64,000 nucleotides of DNA from Alphaproteobacteria bacterium (lineage in GTDB: Bacteria; Pseudomonadota; Alphaproteobacteria; RF32; CAG-239). Under the pieces are notes generated by a model. That model saw only the letters and a program-made list of their open reading frames with translations, ran no database searches and was not told the origin of the DNA. Both the position numbers and the translations under genes were made by a program. The DNA is taken from NCBI GenBank assembly GCA_017444525.1, contig JAFSWL010000014.1, forward strand, positions 2,420-66,419, read 5' to 3'. Position 1 is the stretch's first letter; the number at the start of each line of letters is the position of its first letter. Shown piece after piece: positions 18,251 through 26,717 of the stretch.

Positions 18251-18265
18251 ATTGCTTAAAATTTA

Positions 18266-20704
18266 TTATAAACTTCCTTTGGTTTCGCAAGCATAACGGA
18301 CATAGTCAGTATAAAATTCCTGTAAACTCTTTTGTACCATACCGTTGACCGAATCTTTCGGGTATTGCCCTTTGGTATTAAGTTTCCCAGCTTTTTTACC
18401 TGTCAGAATCTCAATACCGTCATCAACCGTATCAATGGCATAAATAGTGAATTTTCCATCCTCGACTGCCTGTAAAATATCGGCACGCAACATCAAATTA
18501 ACAACATTAGTGCGCGGAATAATCACACCTTGTGTACCGGTCAAACCTTTATAAGCACACACATCAAAGAAACCCTCAATTTTTTCGTTTACACCGCCGA
18601 TCGGCTGAATTTCACCAAACTGGTTAATTGAACCGGTAACGGCTATATTTTGTTTAATCGGCAAACCGGTAATTGCCGAAATTATGCAGTAATACTCGGT
18701 AGATGAAGCACTGTCTCCATCAACTCCGCCGTATGATTGTTCAAACACGATTGAAGCTGAAAGCGACAATGGAGAATGCTTAGCAAAGCGGTTGGCTATT
18801 AATGCTTTCAGTATCAGCACTCCTTTACTGTGTATCGGTCCGCTCATGGCAACTTCACGCTCAATATTCACAAAATCGCCTTTACCCATGCGCACCTGTG
18901 TTGTAATGCGTGCCGGTTTACCAAAAGTATAATTAGAAAAATCATATACGACCAAACCGTTGATTTGTCCGACACGTTCACCGGTTACATCCATCAAAAT
19001 GGTACCCTTATCTATTTCTTCAAGCATTGATTTTTTAACACGGTCAGAACGATAAACCTGTGCATCAATTGCCTGTTCAATATGATTTTTGCCGATTTGC
19101 TTGGAATTGGATTTGCGTGCCCAATAGTCAGCCTCACGTAACAAATCGCCAATAGATGAAATATGTGCCGTCAATTTACCGGAATCATCTGCCAAACGCG
19201 ACGCATGCTCAATCACTCTGGCCACTGCTTGCTTATTAAGAGAGCGCAATCCTTTCTTTTTAGAAAGAGAGCCGATAAGTTTGGCATATTCCACTTCATT
19301 TTCTGCTGTCCGATCCATAATGATACCGAAATCAGCTTCGACTTTAAAGAAATCTCTGAAATCCGGATCGCGCTCACACAATAAATCATAAATCTCAAAA
19401 TCTCCGGTCAACACAATTTTAACATCAAGCGGTATCGGCTCCGGATCAAGTGAAATTGTTGTAAAACTCGTATCTTCACTCGGAGCTTCGATTTTTATCC
19501 GCTTCGAAGCAATTGCCCGTTTCAAAGAATCCCAAGCGTAAGGCTGTTCCAAAACCTTACGTGCATCCAAAAGCAAAAAGCCGCCGTTGGCATTATGCAG
19601 TGCTCCGGCTTTAATCAAAGTAAAATCTGTGAGTAAAGCGCCGTATTGCTGTATTCTTTCGACCTTACCGACCAAATTTCCCTGAGTAGGATGATCTAAC
19701 GTAATAATCGGCGCTCCGGCATTGGGCACATTTTTAACAATAACGTTTACTTTCAATTTGGCAAACTTATCATCTTCCGGCTGTTTCATGCGGCTTAAAA
19801 GCATCTGCAACGGATCTTCGTCGGTAGCACCGATAACCTGATTCTTTTCTTTGTCTTCAGGCACAAAATCATCAACATTATCCAAAATATGATCTTGTAT
19901 TGATTTCAAAAATTTTGTAGCTTGAGGCAATCCTTTATATTTTTTACGCAACTCATTTATCGGTTCTTTAACCGCAGCCTTGGTAAATTTAAAACGCAGA
20001 TTATCAACTTCTTCTTTCTGTTTTTCCTCCCACATTGGTAAGTCTTGCGTAGCGTTTTCTATTTCTTCCTGCATTGCGTTCAAATCATCCATTATCAGTT
20101 TTTTTTCATCATCAGGAAGCTTATCAAACACATCAGGACTTAAAACTTCTCCGTCTTTCATCGGAGCCACCACCAGTCCCATTTGCATATGCAACAAAGA
20201 AACTTGCTTACCCTTTGCTTTTTTCTGCAGTATATTGATGTATTCTTCTTTTTTTGATTTATACTTCTGCTTAATAATGCTGAGTGCAGCTTTATATTCA
20301 TCGGTTTCGACCAAAGCGGTCAGTGCAGAAGAAAGCTCTTCAATAAGTTCATCGATATCTTTGGCAAAATCGCAAGCCTTACCAGCCGGAAAACTGATTG
20401 CCCTAGGTTTATAAGGCTCTTCAAAATTATAAATGTACGCCCAATCGTTAGGAGTTTTACGATTCTGTGCTTCCTTTTCCAAAGTTCTCTTAACCAAACT
20501 GGTTTTACCTGTTCCTTCCGGTCCCAAACAAAACAGATTATATCCGCGGGATTTAATATGTATGCCCAATTCCACGGCGCTGATTGCTCTGTCTTGTCCC
20601 AGTGCGGAAAGACGCTCTTCCAAATCGGCGGTAGTACTGAAATCAAATTTAGAAGTATCGCATTTGCGATAAAGTTGGTTAGAATTTAATTTTGTAATAG
20701 CCAT
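18266..20704 (-). CDS. Lon-like protease, LonC/AAA_32 architecture (not LonA)
   Basis: Walker A GPEGTGKTS (aa 61-69), then a ~300-aa charged helical insertion. GGFLLLDARKV (D-A where Walker B D-E is expected). S16 domain with DGDSASS (Ser) and GGVNEKIEGF (Lys). Confidence 0.75.
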   Translation of the reverse strand: MAITKLNSNQLYRKCDTSKFDFSTTADLEERLSALGQDRAISAVELGIHIKSRGYNLFCLGPEGTGKTSLVKRTLEKEAQNRKTPNDWAYIYNFEEPYKPRAISFPAGKACDFAKDIDELIEELSSALTALVETDEYKAALSIIKQKYKSKKEEYINILQKKAKGKQVSLLHMQMGLVVAPMKDGEVLSPDVFDKLPDDEKKLIMDDLNAMQEEIENATQDLPMWEEKQKEEVDNLRFKFTKAAVKEPINELRKKYKGLPQATKFLKSIQDHILDNVDDFVPEDKEKNQVIGATDEDPLQMLLSRMKQPEDDKFAKLKVNVIVKNVPNAGAPIITLDHPTQGNLVGKVERIQQYGALLTDFTLIKAGALHNANGGFLLLDARKVLEQPYAWDSLKRAIASKRIKIEAPSEDTSFTTISLDPEPIPLDVKIVLTGDFEIYDLLCERDPDFRDFFKVEADFGIIMDRTAENEVEYAKLIGSLSKKKGLRSLNKQAVARVIEHASRLADDSGKLTAHISSIGDLLREADYWARKSNSKQIGKNHIEQAIDAQVYRSDRVKKSMLEEIDKGTILMDVTGERVGQINGLVVYDFSNYTFGKPARITTQVRMGKGDFVNIEREVAMSGPIHSKGVLILKALIANRFAKHSPLSLSASIVFEQSYGGVDGDSASSTEYYCIISAITGLPIKQNIAVTGSINQFGEIQPIGGVNEKIEGFFDVCAYKGLTGTQGVIIPRTNVVNLMLRADILQAVEDGKFTIYAIDTVDDGIEILTGKKAGKLNTKGQYPKDSVNGMVQKSLQEFYTDYVRYACETKGSL

Positions 20705-20771
20705 TTTAAAATAATCCTTATATTATGAACAATTATAGACAATATAAAATCAAAATGCTAACATAATGTAA

Positions 20772-22256
20772 ATGTCGGGAAAATATTTTGAATATATTTT
20801 ATGGATTTCACTCATTGCCGCAATGATTATTCCGGCAATTTTCTGGCATTGGCGCATGCGTCTTAGTTTTTTGCAAAATCTCGCTCGGACGAATATCTTA
20901 AAACGTCAGCAAAAAAATAATCAATATCTGCTTTATTCCGCCTATATAATAAACAGATGCTGCCGAATTTTATTTTTAAGCAGCGGCACAGAGGCGCGCT
21001 CAGCACTTAAATCTCTGGTTGGAGGCTACGTTGTGCCGGCGGCCGATTTTCTCCATTCCCAATCGCCGCAACTTGCTGTTTTACTGCAGGCGCACGCAGA
21101 CACAATCGCCGCATACACCGCAATAAAAAAACAAAAAATAATTACGGTCGACACACCAAAATACGGAATATATCTCCCTATACTGGCTCATTTAACCAAT
21201 GATTACAAAACTCTGCTTAATACCGTCGGCAAATTAAAAATCGATGCAAAACATTGCCGAACGGTAATTCAGGCATACGGTAATGCGATTTCCGCATACG
21301 CCTATTTGCATGAAGGAGATATGTTGTCGGCTTCACAAAATGCTTCGGCAGCACTTACATTTTTCCAAAAACATCAATATGCTATAGAAACTGCCTCCTG
21401 TCATCTGATTTTGGCACAGATTTACCGTATAAGCTGCGTAAGCGATATTGCGCAAACCATGATTGAATCGGCAATAAAAATTTATCAAACTCAGAAAACT
21501 CCGCTGTTCTTGGCGCGTGCAATTACGGCTAAAGGAATGTTAATGGTGTTTGATAACCGTTACGAAGAAGCCGAAACTGAATATGAAAAAGCGTTAAAGC
21601 TTCAAATTACCGATCAACTGCGTGCTGATATTTTCAATCAAAAAGCACTACTCTATCTGGCTCAAAATGATATATCTGCCGCTCAAAAATATGCCAAATT
21701 TGCTTTAGATATGCAGAAACGCCTCCAAAACCGCTACGGTAACGCTTTGTCTTTGCAGCTTTTAGCTCATGCGGCATTCCAAAATCAAAACCATCGCAAA
21801 ACGGTTATATTTGCTCGACAAGCTCATGACTTGTATAACAAACAAGCTAATTGCTCTGCTGTTGCCGAATGCCTTTATTTAGCAGCAGAGGCCGAATACA
21901 AAATGCGGCACTACACCGCATCTGAAAAATTTCTGCGCCGTATTTTAGAATTAAATCGAGTTCATTCCGGCAGTTTTCATACAGCCAATGCTTACAGTTT
22001 GCTCGGTCTTATCTATTTACAAAAAAATGATTTGCAGCGAGCCAAAGTTTTATTTCAACAATCCCTGTATTTGGAACAAAGCCGCTGTCGCAATGAAGGA
22101 CTTGCGGCAGACTATGCCAATCTGGCACTGATTGATGATTTATCCGATTACACTGAAAATGCTGCAGCAAACTGGCAAATAGCATTGGAGTATGCACGAA
22201 AAACCGGCAACCAAGAATTAGTTGCACTTATTGAAAAGCGCACAACCGATAGATAG
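20772..22256 (+). CDS. membrane-anchored TPR-repeat protein
   Basis: One N-terminal TM (YILWISLIAAMIIPAIFW), followed by multiple TPR-like units (e.g. NAYSLLGLIYLQKNDLQRAKVLFQQSL). Confidence 0.6.
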   Translation: MSGKYFEYILWISLIAAMIIPAIFWHWRMRLSFLQNLARTNILKRQQKNNQYLLYSAYIINRCCRILFLSSGTEARSALKSLVGGYVVPAADFLHSQSPQLAVLLQAHADTIAAYTAIKKQKIITVDTPKYGIYLPILAHLTNDYKTLLNTVGKLKIDAKHCRTVIQAYGNAISAYAYLHEGDMLSASQNASAALTFFQKHQYAIETASCHLILAQIYRISCVSDIAQTMIESAIKIYQTQKTPLFLARAITAKGMLMVFDNRYEEAETEYEKALKLQITDQLRADIFNQKALLYLAQNDISAAQKYAKFALDMQKRLQNRYGNALSLQLLAHAAFQNQNHRKTVIFARQAHDLYNKQANCSAVAECLYLAAEAEYKMRHYTASEKFLRRILELNRVHSGSFHTANAYSLLGLIYLQKNDLQRAKVLFQQSLYLEQSRCRNEGLAADYANLALIDDLSDYTENAAANWQIALEYARKTGNQELVALIEKRTTDR

Positions 22257-22320
22257 TTCTTTACTTTTCAAGATGAATTGTATATTTTAAAAAGACAATA
22301 AATTTGAGGTCATTATTTTA

Positions 22321-23652
22321 ATGTTAAACATGGCATATGCGCACCGGATACTTTCGTTTCAGCTTCCCCCCGAAGCTGAATGGCATGACTTTATCTCGCG
22401 CTTTTATGCCCGTTACAACTATCTATATAATTTGGTGTTGACCGAATTTGGCCCTAACGGTTTTATGATTTTATTTTTACTTTGTATCTTTTTACTGATC
22501 ATCGCCGTCATTTACATAAAAACGATTGCCGATACTTTTAGGGCTGGCGCCGAAAAAGAGGAAAATCCAGAGACAGAACTTGATGGATTATTTTATACCA
22601 TTGAGAATCCGGAGTTGGCACTGGCAAACGATAATGATGAAAACCAATTGCAATTGTATAATAAGAAAGAGCTTGAAAAAATAAAGCAGGAACAAGACCT
22701 TTCTACCGATTTGATATTGGCTTCACAACGCACTGCCGATTATCTCAATTTAGAACAAGATTATCTTAATTTGAAACAAAAAATGCAAAAACATGCCGAA
22801 GCTGCAAAACAAAATCGGCATATATTGGAAAATATGGCGGCTGTTCCGTTAACTGAAATCAATACAGAAAAGGAAAAAATTTCTTTGCCGGCCATAATCC
22901 TTAATTTACTCAGCCATAATGTAACTGAATCTAAAATTATACAAGCCATATACTATTATTATAAGGCGCAGATGTCAGAAGAAGAAGTTATGCAAACCGT
23001 AGAAACAATCTGTAACTTCATCAGTCTGTGCAATGCAGGAAAATTTAATCTCCAGCCGCAGAATCCGCCTTTACCGCCGTCAAACACAGCTATAATGGAT
23101 TTGGCTCGCGGTGATTCTTCTACCTGCCTGTTTTTATTGCAGGCTTTGCTGAATACCAAAATGCAGCAAGCAGAAACCCAAGAAGGTATTGTACGTGATT
23201 TAACCTATGCTATGGCAGCCAATATTGCGTGCATAATGGGAAATATTGCATATCTCAGCGATCATGAACTGGCTCGCAATTCTTATGAACTAGCTACCGA
23301 ACTTTCACCGAAAAATGTATTGGCTTGGAGCAGATTGGGCGATATTTATATGCAGGAAAAAGCTATAGGTAAAGCCATGATTGCTTATCAAAACGTTTTG
23401 GATATCAGCGACCACATTCTTTATGCAAGACAAATTGCCAATGCCCACAAAAGACTTGCCGAATACTATATGACAATTGGTTTGGACGAACAAGCCAGAC
23501 AAATGCAATCTTTAAGCTCTGATTTTTATAAATCATGTGGTATAAATACTCCGCTCAGTCAAGGAGAAATTACTGTATACAAGATGTTGGAGCGCGACAG
23601 TGAAAAGAACTTGCCGATTGCCGTTAATTCATTGCTATCCGAGCGTAGCTGA
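22321..23652 (+). CDS. membrane-anchored protein with a C-terminal TPR-like region
   Basis: TM at FMILFLLCIFLLIIAVIYI, a charged coiled region, and TPR-like LAWSRLGDIYMQEKAIGKAMIAYQNVL. Confidence 0.55.
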   Translation: MLNMAYAHRILSFQLPPEAEWHDFISRFYARYNYLYNLVLTEFGPNGFMILFLLCIFLLIIAVIYIKTIADTFRAGAEKEENPETELDGLFYTIENPELALANDNDENQLQLYNKKELEKIKQEQDLSTDLILASQRTADYLNLEQDYLNLKQKMQKHAEAAKQNRHILENMAAVPLTEINTEKEKISLPAIILNLLSHNVTESKIIQAIYYYYKAQMSEEEVMQTVETICNFISLCNAGKFNLQPQNPPLPPSNTAIMDLARGDSSTCLFLLQALLNTKMQQAETQEGIVRDLTYAMAANIACIMGNIAYLSDHELARNSYELATELSPKNVLAWSRLGDIYMQEKAIGKAMIAYQNVLDISDHILYARQIANAHKRLAEYYMTIGLDEQARQMQSLSSDFYKSCGINTPLSQGEITVYKMLERDSEKNLPIAVNSLLSERS

Positions 23653-23753
23653 CAATTATCTCAATTCTGTGCATTTTGAGGAAACAGCTTGAAGAATACA
23701 AAAATTCATGCTATCTGTAACTAAAATGAATAACATAATGTTGGAGGAAAATT

Positions 23754-25916
23754 ATGAATAAAAATCGCCTGATTATTCTTGCCGTTATTCTAGCCGCTTT
23801 TTTTATTATAATCAAAATGGACTGGCGACCGAGCATTGACCATGAACAACTCAGGAAAGAATCAATTGACCAAGACAACGCTTATACAGTCAAACATGCT
23901 GACGGTATTGAAAAAGTATATTTTTCAAACGGAACAGTCAGATCCGAAACTCCTTACGTTAACGGTGTCAGACACGGTAAAGCACTGAATTATTATGCTA
24001 ACGGCAACATCCGCTCAGAAATCACTTATGTGCACGGAAAACAAGAAGGCGAAACCAAAACATATTACAAAAACGGCCAAATCGAAAAAATATACACTTA
24101 TGCTAATGATAAATTGAACGGACCGGCAAAATCTTATGATGAAAACGGCATTCTATTCAGTGAAACAACGTTTACCGACAATGTCCAACAAGACAAAGAA
24201 ACAGCCTATTATCCCAGCGGTAAAATTGCAACCGTTCTGAACTTTGATAACGAAGGTAAACTTCATGGCAAATTACAGGAATTTTATGAGAACGGAAAAA
24301 TTCGTCGTGAAGCTGCTTTTGATCACGGTAAAGAAGACGGTCTTGAGCAGTTATTTTATGAGAAAGGTGAACTTTTTCAGACCTCACAATATGTCAATGG
24401 TGTTTTGGAAGGACAGCAAAAAACATACGACGAAAACGGTGCTTTGCTATCTGTTATAAACTATCAAAACGGACAGATGGACGGTTCTGCAGTATCTTAC
24501 TGGCCTAACGGAAAGATTGAAGAACAATATAACTTTCGCAAAGGAAAACGGGAAGGAGAATATAAAAAATTCAGTGATAAAGGTATTTTATTGGCCTCGG
24601 CCATATATGATAGCGATAGTATTAAAGATATTTTATCTCTTTATTATCCGAATGGCAATATTTATGCCGAAATGCCATATCAAAACGGTAAAATCAACGG
24701 TAAAGCGTTTCGTTATTACGAAACCGGCGAGAAACTAGCTGAAGCCGAATTTAAGGACAACATCTTAAACGGACACGAAATAGAATATTATAAAAACGGT
24801 AAAGTCAAACATGATTTTGTATACGAAAACGGACTGCAGAACGGTCCGGCCGCAGAATATCATGAAAACGGCGCAATGAAACAGAGTATGTACTTTACCG
24901 ATGGTCATCTCAGCAGTTTTGTTGTTAATTATGATGAACAAGGGCAAAAAACATTTGAAGCCCAATATCTTGAAAATATCATCAACGGCAAGGCCAGATT
25001 TTATCAAAAGGGCGGCAATATAGTCAGCGCGATTGTCCCTTATGAAAACGGTAAAATCTCCGGCATCGTGGAAAATATGGATAAGTCCGGCAATTTGGTA
25101 CAAGAAGTCGCTTTCAAAGACGGAGCATATCAAGGCAGTGTTACCGGATATTATTCGTCGGGAAGTATCAAATATAAACTGGAAACTCCGGTTAAAGGGA
25201 AAAAGCCGTATGAATTATATTACAACCAAGACGGTGAACCTGTTTTACAAAACTTAAACGGGGAAATGACGGTTTATAATCAAGACGGTACAATTCAAGC
25301 ACAATTCACTTATCTTAACGGGAAAATTACCGGTCCGTTCAAATCTTATTATCCGCAAACTGAAAAAATCCATATTGAAACCTCTATGCTAGACGGAGAA
25401 TACGATGGAACTTACAAAGAATACGGAGAAAATGGCAAAATTCTAATGCAAACTCAATACCATAACGGAGTTATAGATGATGTTATCACAACTTACTACG
25501 ACAATGGTAAAATGCTGCTGCAAATCCCTTTCAAAAACGGCATAGCAGACGGCAAAGTCATCGGCTATTTTGAAGACGGTAAAACTGCATTTACCATGTT
25601 TTATAAAAACGATAAAATCAACGGATTGCTTACCACTTACTATCCTAACGGCAATAAAAAAACCGAAAAAATGCTGTTTGACGGTGCATGGTCCGAAAAC
25701 GAGTACCGTGAATATGATGATAAAGGTCAGGTTATTTTGGAAGTTTCTAATGACGGATACGGTGTCAAATTCAAAAAAATTGATGCGTCAGGTGTAGCTC
25801 ATGAACTCGGCGAGCAAGAAAAAAATCTTTTGATTAAGCGCCTTAAAAGTCTTGATTTAGACGGTGTCGATAAAGACGAACTATCCAAATACCTTCATAA
25901 TCAACCTGTACTATAA
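23754..25916 (+). CDS. membrane-anchored MORN_2 / YwqK-type repeat protein (720 aa)
   Basis: GGAGG SD and an N-terminal TM. About 26 consecutive ~23-aa units of the form G.(E/H)G....YY.NG.......Y.NG. Confidence 0.75.
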   Translation: MNKNRLIILAVILAAFFIIIKMDWRPSIDHEQLRKESIDQDNAYTVKHADGIEKVYFSNGTVRSETPYVNGVRHGKALNYYANGNIRSEITYVHGKQEGETKTYYKNGQIEKIYTYANDKLNGPAKSYDENGILFSETTFTDNVQQDKETAYYPSGKIATVLNFDNEGKLHGKLQEFYENGKIRREAAFDHGKEDGLEQLFYEKGELFQTSQYVNGVLEGQQKTYDENGALLSVINYQNGQMDGSAVSYWPNGKIEEQYNFRKGKREGEYKKFSDKGILLASAIYDSDSIKDILSLYYPNGNIYAEMPYQNGKINGKAFRYYETGEKLAEAEFKDNILNGHEIEYYKNGKVKHDFVYENGLQNGPAAEYHENGAMKQSMYFTDGHLSSFVVNYDEQGQKTFEAQYLENIINGKARFYQKGGNIVSAIVPYENGKISGIVENMDKSGNLVQEVAFKDGAYQGSVTGYYSSGSIKYKLETPVKGKKPYELYYNQDGEPVLQNLNGEMTVYNQDGTIQAQFTYLNGKITGPFKSYYPQTEKIHIETSMLDGEYDGTYKEYGENGKILMQTQYHNGVIDDVITTYYDNGKMLLQIPFKNGIADGKVIGYFEDGKTAFTMFYKNDKINGLLTTYYPNGNKKTEKMLFDGAWSENEYREYDDKGQVILEVSNDGYGVKFKKIDASGVAHELGEQEKNLLIKRLKSLDLDGVDKDELSKYLHNQPVL
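23904..25745 (+). repeat. degenerate ~69-bp (23-codon) tandem repeat array encoding the MORN_2 units
   Basis: The periodicity is obvious at the protein level (aa 51-664). The DNA copies have diverged and no long identical repeats are seen. Confidence 0.7.
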
Positions 25917-25929
25917 GCGAAGAAAACCA

Positions 25930-26136
25930 ATGACAAAAGAAATAATTGAGCGACTAATGAACATTGAAATGACACTTGATAATCAACAACGTGCCATAGA
26001 TGATTTAAGCGAAATGCTCATTAAACAGGGAAAATTTATCGATTGGTTGATAAAACAAAACGAATGGCTGAAAAACAATCTCGGCCAAGACGTAGTCAAA
26101 CCGCTTGAAGAAGAAACTCCACCACCCCACTATTAG
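25930..26136 (+). CDS. slyX: SlyX family protein
   Basis: 68 aa from ATG 25930; the track start at 25864 overlaps the upstream gene. Coiled coil ending ETPPPHY, as in E. coli SlyX. Confidence 0.8.
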   Translation: MTKEIIERLMNIEMTLDNQQRAIDDLSEMLIKQGKFIDWLIKQNEWLKNNLGQDVVKPLEEETPPPHY

Positions 26137-26234
26137 ATTGAGGAGAACTGTCATACGTGTTGTAATCAAAAAAGACTATGAAGAGCTATCCTGATGGACT
26201 ATTGCTTATTTTAAGGGAATAGATAAAACAAGTT

Positions 26235-26717
26235 CTAATTTTGACCGATTACTTGTAATATTTTTGCCACTTGAGTAGCTCCCTGCTCAACTTCGAGCAC
26301 TGCTTTGCCGATTTCAAAATGGCGATTTATATTATCATAACGCACATACGGTGTCGTAAAATACTTTCCGTAAACTTTACTGTCGTCAATATGCAATCCG
26401 ATTTGCTGACACGCACAAAACTCGGCTTTTGCCACATTCCATAACTCATCATCAACATGAAATGATCCGTCTGCCGCAATCTCCACTTTATTTTGTGCGT
26501 TAAAATAATCAAAAATACACCACAACTTATCATAAACAATATTGTGTTCATCCAAAAATCTTTCAATATATTCACGCGGACCTCCGCTTACTATATATAT
26601 CTCCCAACCTGCTCTGCGCCATAGCTGTATCAGATTTCTGAAAAACTCCGGTTCTTTCGTAATTACGCCATGAAAATCGACACTTATTCTTTTATAATTC
26701 ATCATCTTCATTCCCAA
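26235..26717 (-). CDS. HAD-like/NT5C-like hydrolase-fold protein (tentative)
   Basis: ISVDFHGVIT resembles HAD motif I (DxDGT) with His at the second Asp. About 155 aa. The start is ambiguous (several ATGs at 26702-26717) and overlaps the upstream stop. Confidence 0.4.
   Translation of the reverse strand: MGMKMMNYKRISVDFHGVITKEPEFFRNLIQLWRRAGWEIYIVSGGPREYIERFLDEHNIVYDKLWCIFDYFNAQNKVEIAADGSFHVDDELWNVAKAEFCACQQIGLHIDDSKVYGKYFTTPYVRYDNINRHFEIGKAVLEVEQGATQVAKILQVIGQN

Noticed and set aside
23754-25916. A possible toxin-antitoxin system, because the repeat family is often labelled 'YwqK antitoxin'.
   Set aside because: There is no adjacent toxin-like (YwqJ/deaminase/nuclease) gene. The protein is 720 aa with a membrane anchor, so it is a repeat scaffold rather than a small antitoxin.
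25864-25929. N-terminal extensions offered by the ORF track for slyX (25864), the DUF3035 lipoprotein (46077), ychF (15593), mlaE (56592) and batA (63254).
   Set aside because: Each extension overlaps the upstream gene or lacks an SD. In each case a downstream ATG gives the canonical family N-terminus (MTKEII..., the MKKLCL... lipobox, MGFNCGIVG..., MLKQKL..., MIVFANP...), with an SD or an ATGA coupling.
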